A DNA stretch of 64,000 nucleotides from Promethearchaeota archaeon (lineage in GTDB: Archaea; Asgardarchaeota; Heimdallarchaeia; Hodarchaeales; Hodarchaeaceae): the NCBI GenBank assembly GCA_048938105.1, contig JBHLMN010000005.1:119318-183317 (forward strand), written 5' to 3'. Position 1 is the first letter of the stretch; every line of letters starts with the position of its first letter. Shown in pieces: positions 18,923 to 29,178 of the stretch. The translations under genes were made by a program, and so were the position numbers. The notes beneath the pieces were generated by a model. That model did not search any database and was not told the origin of the DNA. It saw only the letters and a list, made by a program, of their open reading frames with translations.

Positions 18923-20056
18923 ATGAGAATTCTAATAGTTGACGACAATACAACATTCTTAGAAACAATGAGTAATATTTTACTTTTAGATCAGCATGAA
19001 ATTCTTACTGCAACTTCAGCGGAAGAAGCATTAAAGATAATTGTGGATGAAAAGTTCGATTTACTTTTAACAGATCTCAAGATGGGAGATCTATCTGGTG
19101 TTGATTTAATTAGGGAGATTAACAAGAAAGGAATAGACTTAATTAGTGTCGTAATAACAGGATACGGAAGCATTGATTCAGCAGTAGAGGCAATGAAAAC
19201 TGGAGCTTACGATTATCTATTGAAACCTTTCGAGGTCTCACCCTTAAAAGAAAAAATCAAAGAAGTCCAAAAAGAATTAGAAATAAGAAAAAATTATTCT
19301 TTCTCTCCTCTTGTCAACAAGCAAATTCTGCAAGATTATGCATTAGAGGGAACCCTCCGTGAGTATGAACACCCCTTTTTAATTATATCAAATGAAGATC
19401 CTCAAAAAATTGTCAATGAATATGAAATTAAAAATACGTTTGCAATTCGTTTGGGTTTTACCAAAGAAGTCAATGAGATCCCTCCAACAAAGCTGCACCT
19501 GATACACCATCGAATTGAGGAATTTGTTCGAACACACGAAAAAGGAACAATTATTTTTAAGGGTGTAGAAGAGCTTTTTCAGGTTCACACTTGGAGTCAC
19601 TTCAAAGGATTTATAGATGGGCTAAGCCACTGTATACTTGATTCAAATTGTTCTCTAATATTCTTAATAGATGAAAAAGATAATACAATATCTCAACCAT
19701 TAGTTCATGATGCATTGTCATTACTTTCAATTCAAGCCTTCGATAACATTATTAGCCTTATTTCACACCCTTTAAGGAAAGATATTATAAATCTATTAAA
19801 ATCTCGGGTTAAGTTGAATTTTAATAAAATCCTTGAAGAATTACAAGTTGAAAGTTCCTCCTCTTTTGCTTTTCACATAAAGAAGTTGGTTCAAGAGGAT
19901 ATTTTAGAAAAAGATAATAATTTGTATTACTTAACATCACGAGGGCAATACTTTGCAGAAATAATATTCATCTTAGAGAAAATTGGATTTGTAGACCCAG
20001 GATCAAAAATAAAAATTTTTAATTATATTAAGAGAACAAAAAAACCCATTCCATGA
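18923..20056 (+). CDS. Response regulator: REC + DUF835-like + C-terminal wHTH
   Basis: ILIVDD, TDLKM (phospho-Asp), ITGY, KPF; middle IIFKGVEEL; C-terminal SHPLRKDII..SSSSFAFHIKKL..YYLT. Confidence 0.85.
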   Translation: MRILIVDDNTTFLETMSNILLLDQHEILTATSAEEALKIIVDEKFDLLLTDLKMGDLSGVDLIREINKKGIDLISVVITGYGSIDSAVEAMKTGAYDYLLKPFEVSPLKEKIKEVQKELEIRKNYSFSPLVNKQILQDYALEGTLREYEHPFLIISNEDPQKIVNEYEIKNTFAIRLGFTKEVNEIPPTKLHLIHHRIEEFVRTHEKGTIIFKGVEELFQVHTWSHFKGFIDGLSHCILDSNCSLIFLIDEKDNTISQPLVHDALSLLSIQAFDNIISLISHPLRKDIINLLKSRVKLNFNKILEELQVESSSSFAFHIKKLVQEDILEKDNNLYYLTSRGQYFAEIIFILEKIGFVDPGSKIKIFNYIKRTKKPIP

Positions 20057-20313
20057 AAAGGATCACAATCTAAAGATAATAAATCTTCCTCTAGTTTAAA
20101 TCATTATTTTTCTAAAGAATTTATCTTTGAATTAGACCTTACTGATGTTTTGAACATCCTAGATTATTGATATAACTCATACCAACAATATACATTTAGA
20201 AGATCTATAGATAGTTTTATAATAGTGTGAAAAGTAGAATAAAAATCCAGTTATTCTAATTATCGGAAAAATTGGAGGAGTAGATCCTGATAGATGATTA
20301 TCAAAACAAAAAA

Positions 20314-22143
20314 TTGATAGATTCTCTTAATTATCCTTTTTATGTTATTGATGTCTCTGATTACACCCTTAAACTGAGTAATTCAGCAGCCAAAATGATT
20401 TTTGGGGAATATAAATACACAGATACCTGTTTTTTTATCACCCATGGAAAAAAAGTACCATGTACAGGTGAAGAACACCCCTGTCCTATTGAAATGGTGA
20501 GGAAAGAGAAAAAACCAATTAAAACTGAACATATTCACCTTGATAGAAAGGGAAATCCCAAAATTTATGAAATACATTGTCATCCAATTTTTGACAATAA
20601 TAATGATATTAAACAAGTAATTGAATATACTTGGGACATCACTGATCGAAAAAAAGTTGAAGAATCATTACGGAAGTCAAAAGAGAATTTAAATCAAACC
20701 AGTCAGTTACTTGAGCAGATTTTAAACACTACAGATATATTAATCGCCTATATGGATCCACAGTTTAATTTTGTTAAGGTTAATCGTGCATATGCTCGAG
20801 CCGATGATCGAGATCCTGAGTTTTTTCCTGGTCGTAATCATTTTGATTTGTACCCTAATGAAGAGAATGAAGAGATCTTTAAACAAGTAGTTGAGACAAA
20901 GGAACCTTTTTTTATCACTGCAAAAGCTTTCGAATATGCAGAACACCCTGAACGTGGAGTTTCATATTGGGATTGGAGCTTAATCCCAATTTTTGATTTA
21001 AATAATATGGTTGTAGGATTAGTTTTGACTTTACAAGATGTCACCGACCGTGTAAGAATGCAAAAAGCATTAGAAATGTCAGAGAAAAAATTCAAGAGTA
21101 TAACGGAACTAGCTCATGAGATTATTATGAGGATTAAACCTGATGGACATTGTACTTATATTAATACATCAGGAATTGAGTTCTTTGGAAAACCCAAGAA
21201 TGAGATGCTACAAGAAAATATTTTGAGTTTCGTGCATAAAAATGATCTTAATAAAAGTAAATTATTTTTAGAACGAGTTATGAAGGATATAGACCATATT
21301 GAAGAGACAACAGTTAATTTTATTGTTCCTAAAGGAATAAGAACAATTGAATGGAATGCATCTCCGATTATTGATGAGCTTGGAAATATTATTGAAGTTC
21401 AGTTGAGTGGTAGAGACATTACGGAACTTCAAGAAGAATTAGTTGAAAAAGACAAGCTTGCTGCAGTAGGTCAGCTCGCAGCGGGAGTAGCTCATGAAAT
21501 AAACTCACCATTAGCTAACATTACCCTGAAAGCCGAATATCTATTGAATATCATTAAAAAAGATTCATCAACCCTAGAAATCAGCTTATTAGAAAGAGAG
21601 CTCATGAGTATCAAGAAGGAAGTTAAATTGTGCTCTAAAATTGTCACAGATCTTCTACAATTTTCAAGAAAAATACATTTGACTCCAAACAAATTAAAAA
21701 TAAAGTTTCTAATGTCTGAGCTACTCAGTACTCCATCCATTAACTCTAGGTTATTAGAAAAGAACATAGATATTGAATTAAACATCGAGGAAGATCTCGA
21801 AGTTGTCGGTGATAAAACGTTATTATTCCAAGTATTCCAAAATGTAATAAATAATTCAATAGATGCATTCGAGAATATTGATGTTTTACCTCAAATTAAC
21901 ATCACAGCTGACAAGAAAGGAAATAATATTGAAATTAGAGTGACAGATAACGGGATAGGAATTAAAGAAATGAATTTAAAGAGAGTTTTTGAGCCTTTTT
22001 TTTCAACCAAGCCAATTGGAAAGGGTACAGGTCTTGGATTATCCATTTGTCGGGGTATAATAGAAAAACATGAAGGAAAAATCAAGATTAACAGTACCTA
22101 TGGTTCTGGGACTGAAATTCTTATAATGTTACCTATTCGCTAA
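20314..22143 (+). CDS. Cytoplasmic multi-PAS sensor histidine kinase
   Basis: Three PAS/PAC segments, AHEINSPL H-box, QNVINNSIDA N-box, DNGIG and GTGLGL G-boxes. The start may be further upstream (CTG 20287). Confidence 0.95.
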   Translation: MIDSLNYPFYVIDVSDYTLKLSNSAAKMIFGEYKYTDTCFFITHGKKVPCTGEEHPCPIEMVRKEKKPIKTEHIHLDRKGNPKIYEIHCHPIFDNNNDIKQVIEYTWDITDRKKVEESLRKSKENLNQTSQLLEQILNTTDILIAYMDPQFNFVKVNRAYARADDRDPEFFPGRNHFDLYPNEENEEIFKQVVETKEPFFITAKAFEYAEHPERGVSYWDWSLIPIFDLNNMVVGLVLTLQDVTDRVRMQKALEMSEKKFKSITELAHEIIMRIKPDGHCTYINTSGIEFFGKPKNEMLQENILSFVHKNDLNKSKLFLERVMKDIDHIEETTVNFIVPKGIRTIEWNASPIIDELGNIIEVQLSGRDITELQEELVEKDKLAAVGQLAAGVAHEINSPLANITLKAEYLLNIIKKDSSTLEISLLERELMSIKKEVKLCSKIVTDLLQFSRKIHLTPNKLKIKFLMSELLSTPSINSRLLEKNIDIELNIEEDLEVVGDKTLLFQVFQNVINNSIDAFENIDVLPQINITADKKGNNIEIRVTDNGIGIKEMNLKRVFEPFFSTKPIGKGTGLGLSICRGIIEKHEGKIKINSTYGSGTEILIMLPIR

Positions 22144-22377
22144 TGAGAATATGATTAAGAGTCAGATATTTTGATTAGAGAAGAAGTATTTATTCATTTT
22201 ATAATGAAATCTCTAAAGGAATATAATTCCTTTGTTGGAGTTGATTCTAATCCTAATTGATGAATAAAAGGGAAACTAGTCGATCAATATGATAGATCCA
22301 TTTTATTTTAGGAGCCATTATGAATTAAAATGCATTTTGTTTATTTTTAAAATAAAAATGACTCCTTTACATTTCTA

Positions 22378-22932
22378 TTACAATTCAGGAACTTCCAATC
22401 GGTCTCCTAGCCTGTAATAATTAAAGTCGCCTCCAGTTGCCCAGATAATTGGATCGACTTTGCGTAAGTCAAGTGTTTTGCCAGTTAAACATCCAGAATT
22501 TGCATAAGATTTGATAACTTTTCCAATGATCCCTTCATTTGGATCATAATCTAGAATTTCAACCACTTCACACTCCATATTTAATGGACATTGCTGAATC
22601 ATTGGAGCAGTCTTTAATTCACCGTAAAACACTTCAAATAGAGTTGATTTATCGAATTTGCTTCCAGATTTAGTTCCACATATATTCACCTTTGTTAGAA
22701 GATCTACAGATGGAATATTCACACTAAAAGTCTTATTCTCATAGATACCTTTTCTGGAGAATCGCTTTTTATATAGACTGAAGAAAATGTGTCGACCAAA
22801 ATTAAAGGGAGAAATGTATCCAATGATAAGGAAATTGGGTTTTCCATTGACTTGCGTTCCAACCAAAGCTACTGGTAATGGATTTAACACAGTTCCTTTT
22901 ACTTCCTGTTTGTTCAAATCGGTTTCTAGCAT
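22378..22932 (-). CDS. Flavin reductase family protein
   Basis: PLPVALVG, FSVNIP, APMIQQCPLNMEC. Confidence 0.9.
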   Translation of the reverse strand: MLETDLNKQEVKGTVLNPLPVALVGTQVNGKPNFLIIGYISPFNFGRHIFFSLYKKRFSRKGIYENKTFSVNIPSVDLLTKVNICGTKSGSKFDKSTLFEVFYGELKTAPMIQQCPLNMECEVVEILDYDPNEGIIGKVIKSYANSGCLTGKTLDLRKVDPIIWATGGDFNYYRLGDRLEVPEL

Positions 22933-23059
22933 ATCTATTATCCCTAAAATGAAAAAATCCTCTAAGGATTTTAAAGGTCATCTTCTTGGTAATGGTAGAA
23001 AATCAATAGTATCCATTTTGATAGGAAGAGGAAAAAAGGAGATAGGTGTTGAAAAACCA

Positions 23060-24025
23060 CTAATTTGGTTTGTATGCACGAATGTGGCCTTTCATGATAG
23101 AAGTACTCAAACTTTCATACTCTTGTAATGTAAGCTCAACCTCAACTTCCTTACCATAGGTTCTAAGCTTCGCTTTAACAGTACCAGACTCGGTTTTTTT
23201 TGGTTTGTTACTAGGTGTAATAGTCTCAGCTTCAAGGAGTTCTACTTGTTCAAATCCAGCGTTTTTAATGACCCCTAAATAATTCTCTTTCACCCAGGCT
23301 CTTGATACACATCCAGGAATATCTGTAAAAGCCTCCTTAACAACATCTGGAAAATCATGGTTAAGAATAATGTCTGAGATAACTAACCGTCCACCTGGTT
23401 TTAAGACCCGAAAGGCATCTTTAAAGACTTGAGCTTTATCGACTGATAAATTTATGACACAGTTCGAGACAATAAGATCAACGGTGTTATCAGCAACAGG
23501 CATATGTTCTATTTCCCCTAATCGGAATTCAATATTGGTATATGCCCCTTTCCTCGCATTAATCCGAGCCTTGTCAATCATTTGAGGGGTCATATCAATT
23601 CCAATCACTTTCCCTGCTTCACCAACTTTATTCGCAGCTAAAAAACAATCGCCCCCCGCTCCAGAACCCAAGTCAACAATAGTTTCACCTAGTTGGATAT
23701 TAGCCAATTTAATGGGATTTCCAGAACCTAAACCAAGGTTTGATTCTTTGGGAATGCTTGAAAGATCTTCTTCAGAGTAATCAGTATAACTCTCTTGACT
23801 TTCCTGTATGGTTAATTTTGGATCAGATTGTTCAGACGCAATCAAATTATCTGCTTTCCCTGTTGCAATTTCAGCATACTGTTTTCGAATATTTAACCTA
23901 ATTCTTTCAGATTGAGTCATATCCTGTTCAGAAGAAGTGTTTTTCACTTCATCAGACCCAGAACCACAACATGCATAACTCTGTCGGGGTTTTTCATCAG
24001 AAGGAATAACTTTTTGTTCAGTCAT
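23060..24025 (-). CDS. arsM: Arsenite S-adenosylmethyltransferase
   Basis: NLGLGSGNP, DLGSGAGGD, GIDMT, RLGEIEHMPVAD, SNCVINL, PGCV. Confidence 0.88.
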   Translation of the reverse strand: MTEQKVIPSDEKPRQSYACCGSGSDEVKNTSSEQDMTQSERIRLNIRKQYAEIATGKADNLIASEQSDPKLTIQESQESYTDYSEEDLSSIPKESNLGLGSGNPIKLANIQLGETIVDLGSGAGGDCFLAANKVGEAGKVIGIDMTPQMIDKARINARKGAYTNIEFRLGEIEHMPVADNTVDLIVSNCVINLSVDKAQVFKDAFRVLKPGGRLVISDIILNHDFPDVVKEAFTDIPGCVSRAWVKENYLGVIKNAGFEQVELLEAETITPSNKPKKTESGTVKAKLRTYGKEVEVELTLQEYESLSTSIMKGHIRAYKPN

Positions 24026-24056
24026 TTTGTTTCATCTCAAATTTTTTCAGTGAAGT

Positions 24057-24095
24057 GAATATTCATTATGAATATTCCTTAGGAATGTTCCTTAT
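24057..24095. promoter_or_regulatory. Operator array between divergent arsM and padR
   Basis: Three 13-bp repeats GAATATTCATTAT/GAATATTCCTTAG/GAATGTTCCTTAT. Nt 24057-24077 is a perfect 10-1-10 palindrome. Confidence 0.75.
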
Positions 24096-24157
24096 AGATA
24101 ACATTTTTAAAGATTACTAAAAGGGTAAAGCAAAAATAAAGACAATGTGTTTAAACT

Positions 24158-24535
24158 ATGTTTGGTAAAAACCTTGCTGTCACTCCTACAGAGTCATTAT
24201 TCCTACTTGTTTTATATAATAATACAAGTTTATCTGGATCTGAAATTGTAAAGTATGTTAAAGATGATCTTGGGGAAGAGTGGTCCCCTACATCAGGTGC
24301 AACGTATAAAATTATACGTAATTTAATAGAAAAAGGCTATATTCACGAAACAACAGAGAAGGAAAAGAAAGATCGAGATAAAAGAATTCGCACATATACT
24401 TTAACATCAGAAGGTAAGTCTATGGTTATCAAGATTATTAATCGTATGAGAAAAATGATTGGATTTATGGAATCTTGCTGTCCTGACGGTAATGGAATTA
24501 TTATTCTGAAAAAAAGAGAAACAGACAAAATATGA
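24158..24535 (+). CDS. PadR-family transcription regulator with C-terminal Cys-Cys
   Basis: SGSEI..WSPTSGATYKII..L..GYI..RTYTLTSEG; ends MESCCPDG. Confidence 0.88.
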   Translation: MFGKNLAVTPTESLFLLVLYNNTSLSGSEIVKYVKDDLGEEWSPTSGATYKIIRNLIEKGYIHETTEKEKKDRDKRIRTYTLTSEGKSMVIKIINRMRKMIGFMESCCPDGNGIIILKKRETDKI

Positions 24536-24679
24536 TAGTTCACGAAATTTGTGATAGAATAATAATTCATGAGATTTGTTGATATTTCTTAATTTTATAA
24601 CCTCGGCTTTTTATCTAGAGCCACCTTTTTAAGATACTCGTCGTGGTTCAATTTAATTACAAAAAATGTAAGAAACATA

Positions 24680-25543
24680 ATGAGAGAACTAATAATGGTA
24701 GTTAAAACATTCTTACATTGTAATAACGAAATCCTTGAATGGTGTTGGGCTTCTGATCATGAAATGATGCTTAATCCATACTGGACATCATGTTATTTAA
24801 TAGATGGATTGCTTATTGATTCAGGGGCACCAGGAGGAGTGGATGATTTTCGTGATTTTGTTAAAACATTAGGTGATCAGAAGATAGGAGCTTGTGTTCT
24901 AACCCATACACATGAGGATCACGCAGGGGGAGCTCACATGCTGAATTCTGAATTTGGTGTCCCTATATATGCAAGTAAAAAGGCTATATCAATATTAAAA
25001 ACAGGATATACTTATCCTGAATATAGACAAATTGCGTGGGGAGAAGAAGGTGTTCTTCCAGTAACTGCTGAACTTATGCCAAATCCGATTTCTTCAATGT
25101 TGGGAAAATACACTTTTCATGTTTTACCGATTCCAGGACATGCACCAGACCAAATCGCTTTAATTGAGAAACAGCAAGGATGGGCCTTTGTTTCTGATGG
25201 CATTCAAGTAAAATATAAGCGAATTTTTGGAGGTACTTCAAGCATCCAAGAAGATATTTCTTTAATCTACCAATCTATTCAAAAAATTAATCATTTTACA
25301 TCAAAAATGACAGACCTGAAAATTTTCCTTCCAGGAGGAAAAGTTTATGAGAGGGATTTGATAGACCAAAAATTACAAGAAATATGGAACCTTCGTCGTG
25401 AAGTTCACGAACTTGTTGGTCAAAACTTTTCAGTAGATGAGATTGTTGTGAAAGTATTTGGAGAAGAAGATATATTAGCCTCATTTACTAATGGAAAGTT
25501 GTCTAAAAAGAATTTGATAACATCTCTAATTAAATGGCATTGA
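24680..25543 (+). CDS. MBL-fold metallo-hydrolase
   Basis: LIDSG, THTHEDHAGG, PGHAPD, SD. Confidence 0.9.
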   Translation: MRELIMVVKTFLHCNNEILEWCWASDHEMMLNPYWTSCYLIDGLLIDSGAPGGVDDFRDFVKTLGDQKIGACVLTHTHEDHAGGAHMLNSEFGVPIYASKKAISILKTGYTYPEYRQIAWGEEGVLPVTAELMPNPISSMLGKYTFHVLPIPGHAPDQIALIEKQQGWAFVSDGIQVKYKRIFGGTSSIQEDISLIYQSIQKINHFTSKMTDLKIFLPGGKVYERDLIDQKLQEIWNLRREVHELVGQNFSVDEIVVKVFGEEDILASFTNGKLSKKNLITSLIKWH

Positions 25544-25598
25544 TTTTTTTCATTTATATTTCCCCTTATATTCTTAAGTAATCAAAGAAAAGCAGAAA

Positions 25599-26768
25599 TT
25601 AATCCTTAAAATCATGTTGTACGGATTTCCAATTTGATAATGCATCGTAAGCAGCTAAAATATTTTCTGGGGGGACATCAGCAAGAATATTATGAGCCAT
25701 AGCGAAAATATACCCAGTTTTATTTTTTGCTAATGCATTGAGGACTCTTTTAACCTCATTTTCAACCTCTACTGGTGATCCTCGAGGTAACACTTCTTGA
25801 ATATCAACTCCTCCATGAAAACAGATTTGAGATCCATATTTTTGTTTTAGATATATATGATCCATTCCTTTAGCAGGTTGAACAGGATTGAGAATGTCAA
25901 ATCCAATTTCAATCAAATCAGGAATAACCTCTGCAATAGAACCACAGGAGTGGAGTTGGATCTTTATGTGGGGAAAATTCCTTTTTATTGATTGAATTAA
26001 TTCTTTAACTCTAGGCTTAACTAATTCGCGCCACATATTTGGATGTAATAGGAGTCGTTCTTGGGTACCATAGTCATCACCATACATTGCAATCGTCACC
26101 CAATCCCCCAATTCACTTAACCATCTCTCCCATACCTGTATTTGATGAGTTAAATTCTGATCTAATAACACTTCGATTAGCTCTCTATTTCTATACAAGT
26201 CAGAAAGAAATGTATGAAATCCTCTAAGACCAATTGTCTGTTCTAAAATCCCCCCAGACATGGCGTCGGCAACAACAGCATATCCTTCCTCCCAATATTT
26301 TCTAGCCGCTTTTTCACAACCAATAAACCATTCTTCAGTAGGGGAGGGAAGTTTAAGTTCTTTAACTTCTTTCAAAGATGCTTCTGCCAATGGATAGGAG
26401 ACCATTTCATAATATAGAGGATCATACTTCGATGTTCTAATATATTGATATTTAATCTTATAAATATTGTAAAATGACTCGATTTTCCCATTTTTTGAGA
26501 GCTTTTCTCGCCGAGGGGGATCCATTCCGATATGTCGTGTATCAATTTTTAATTTCATCAATACTGTTTCATTAATCGCTGCCAATTGTTGAATTAAGTC
26601 AGAAACTTGTATATTATTGCTAGACATATTCCAATAACTTAGAAGCTTCTCATATGCAATTATCGAAATTCCACTAACAGGTCCACCCAAGTCTCTAGGT
26701 ATTCGATCTATTTCGTGAAATGAGACAGCATTTTCTATTCGCTCTCTCGGAAGCATAGTATCCACCAA
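25599..26768 (-). CDS. Uroporphyrinogen decarboxylase-fold (MtaA/CmuA-like) protein
   Basis: GDDYGTQ, LHSCG, NPVQ, FHGGVDIQ, GYIFAMAHNI..DVPPEN. Confidence 0.88.
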   Translation of the reverse strand: MVDTMLPRERIENAVSFHEIDRIPRDLGGPVSGISIIAYEKLLSYWNMSSNNIQVSDLIQQLAAINETVLMKLKIDTRHIGMDPPRREKLSKNGKIESFYNIYKIKYQYIRTSKYDPLYYEMVSYPLAEASLKEVKELKLPSPTEEWFIGCEKAARKYWEEGYAVVADAMSGGILEQTIGLRGFHTFLSDLYRNRELIEVLLDQNLTHQIQVWERWLSELGDWVTIAMYGDDYGTQERLLLHPNMWRELVKPRVKELIQSIKRNFPHIKIQLHSCGSIAEVIPDLIEIGFDILNPVQPAKGMDHIYLKQKYGSQICFHGGVDIQEVLPRGSPVEVENEVKRVLNALAKNKTGYIFAMAHNILADVPPENILAAYDALSNWKSVQHDFKD

Positions 26769-27167
26769 TTGTATAGTATAAGGTATAGAATTTTTAAATA
26801 TTTAAATTGTTATGAAACTAATATCAAATTTTCTTAAGGTGAGACATTTGCATAAGAAGTGAAATTCACATAATTTAACATTTTTCTACAGAAAAGCTGT
26901 AAAATAAATAGATAGGTAGTAAAAATTCATATTGACTTTTATTCTCATTTCACACATGTTTATTGAAAATGTTATCAGATGATTTTTAAAGACTTGAGAA
27001 AATCATCATTCAGAGCTTAAATCAGAATTTTAAAAGTGAAAACAAAAACGAATGGAACAGGTTGATGTCTCTTTACCTTTGAGAGTCTAGAAATTCGAAA
27101 TCGTTGTTTAATTTTGCTTTTTTGATATGATAAGGGTTCTATTCGTAATAGAATTGATGTGTAGAAA

Positions 27168-27680
27168 ATGTCATATAATGATGAATCAATTGAAACCCAT
27201 AACGTCAAAATAGAGGACGTAAAACCACTCGAAAAACGACTTAATGTCGTTTTTAAGGTTATAGAGAGAGAGGAAGAACGCGAAATCAATAAGAGATCTG
27301 GTGAAACGCATCGAGTATGCGATTTGACTGTTGCAGATGAAACAGGGTCAATCATTCTAACCCTCTGGAATGAAGATATTGATGAGGTTGAGGATGAAAA
27401 AGTCTACAAATTAACAAATGGATTTGCAAATGTCTTTCGAAATTCTCTTCGCTTGTCTAAAGGAAAATATGGGTCTGTAGCTGAGGACCAAACCGTCTTT
27501 AGTGAACTTAACCAAGAAAATAATCGATCTTCTGAACACGTTGAGGATCCTCGCCGACGATATAGCGAACGACGATCTTATGGAGATAGTCGCAGTTATG
27601 GTGATCGACGATCCTATTTTGGTGGTTCTGATAATCGAAGACGTGATGATCAATCTTCAAATAGACGTAGGCGATGGTAA
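27168..27680 (+). CDS. ssb: Single-OB-fold ssDNA/RNA-binding protein (crenarchaeal SSB/RPA-like) with R/S/Y/G/D-rich tail
   Basis: KIEDVKP..NVVFKVIE..VADETGSIILTLWN..NGF..F..L..GKYG; low-complexity tail. Confidence 0.88.
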   Translation: MSYNDESIETHNVKIEDVKPLEKRLNVVFKVIEREEEREINKRSGETHRVCDLTVADETGSIILTLWNEDIDEVEDEKVYKLTNGFANVFRNSLRLSKGKYGSVAEDQTVFSELNQENNRSSEHVEDPRRRYSERRSYGDSRSYGDRRSYFGGSDNRRRDDQSSNRRRRW

Positions 27681-27787
27681 TTTTCATAACAAACTAGTGT
27701 ATCTTTTATTTTCAACACCTATTCAACTTCTTTTTTAAAAAGAATAGGTTAACAATACCTTCCAAATTTTATATCAGAGGAATTTTT

Positions 27788-29014
27788 ATGAACACAACTA
27801 CATTTAAGCAACTAGGAATCATTGACCCAGTTCTTCAGGTGTGTGAAGAAGAAGAATTTATACATCCAACTGAGATACAGGAGAAATCTATTCCTTATGT
27901 TATTGAAGGGAGAGATGTTATTGCTAAAGCAGCAACGGGGAGTGGTAAAACGCTCGCTTTTGCTTCTGGGATAATTCAAAAAACGGTTAGAGGTGGAGGG
28001 ATTCAAGCATTAATTATAACACCCACTCGTGAATTAGCTCATCAAGTAGCAGAAATGATATCTAACTTATCAAAATATAAAACTCTTCGAATAATTTCAG
28101 TGTACGGGGGAGTCTCCATTAATCCCCAGTTTAATGAATTAAAAAGTGCTGATGTCGTTATTGGAACTCCAGGACGGTTGATCGATCATATTGAAAGAGG
28201 AACAATAAAACTAAGACAGGTCAAGATCTTAGTTCTCGATGAGTGTGACCGACTTCTTGACATGGGATTCTTACCAGATATTGAGAAAATTATCTATTCT
28301 CTTCCAAAAAAACGACAAACCCTCTTATATTCAGCAACAATACCTTATGAAGTAAGTCGGATTGCTCAAAAATATATGAAAAACCCGATTGAGGTCGGGG
28401 CTCAATCTTATGTTGACCCACGAAAATTGAAACAGAGCTATTACGGTCCGGTAAGTAATTCAATGAAATTCTCGTTACTAGTTCATCTATTGAACCAGGA
28501 AAATAGAAATGGTTTGTCAATGATTTTTTGTAACACACGAAGAAATGCGGATATTATTGCTAAAAATCTAGTTCACTCAGGAATCAAGGCAACAGTCCTA
28601 CATGGTGGATACAGTCAACATGAGCGGTCAAAGCGGTTAAATAGCTTTCTATCACGAAAAGTAAGGATTTTAGTTGCCACAGATGTTGCTGCAAGAGGAC
28701 TGGATATCCAGGGGGTTACATTTATCTTTAATTATGATCTTCCATATAATTTTAAACAATATATCCATAGAATAGGCAGAACAGCACGAGCAGGAAAGAC
28801 AGGTGAGGCAATTACGCTTGTATCACAAAGAGACGGCGAAGATTTCTTTCATTTATTTAGAGATAATCGGACAAAGATCCGAAAAGGAAGAATCCCTTTT
28901 ATTAAAAAAATACCTTTCAAAAGCGGGAGATCAACACCTAACGGTCGTGAAAAAGAATTCAGAAAGAGAACTAGAAATACCATGAATTCTCATTTTTCTC
29001 GGTATTCAATCTAG
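27788..29014 (+). CDS. DEAD-box RNA helicase
   Basis: Q motif, ATGSGKT, PTRELA, TPGR, DECD, SAT, ARGLD, HRIGRTARAG. Confidence 0.96.
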   Translation: MNTTTFKQLGIIDPVLQVCEEEEFIHPTEIQEKSIPYVIEGRDVIAKAATGSGKTLAFASGIIQKTVRGGGIQALIITPTRELAHQVAEMISNLSKYKTLRIISVYGGVSINPQFNELKSADVVIGTPGRLIDHIERGTIKLRQVKILVLDECDRLLDMGFLPDIEKIIYSLPKKRQTLLYSATIPYEVSRIAQKYMKNPIEVGAQSYVDPRKLKQSYYGPVSNSMKFSLLVHLLNQENRNGLSMIFCNTRRNADIIAKNLVHSGIKATVLHGGYSQHERSKRLNSFLSRKVRILVATDVAARGLDIQGVTFIFNYDLPYNFKQYIHRIGRTARAGKTGEAITLVSQRDGEDFFHLFRDNRTKIRKGRIPFIKKIPFKSGRSTPNGREKEFRKRTRNTMNSHFSRYSI

Positions 29015-29178
29015 AAATGGGCCATATGTCGGAATAGGAGAGAGTTATTATCCTCTTTCCGAGAAGATCCCCCTCAATCGTGTTTTTTTAGGATTGTAAG
29101 ATTTTAATCTATGTCTAAGAAGAGTCTTTTCTTAATAATGAGGGAGTAGAACTCCTTAGATTTTTCACTGCACTATTC

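Noticed and set aside
29019-29075. Imperfect hairpin (TCGGAA...TTCCGA) downstream of the DEAD-box gene as an ncRNA or SECIS
   Set aside because: Short and imperfect, with no diagnostic motif; at most a terminator or stability element between convergent genes.
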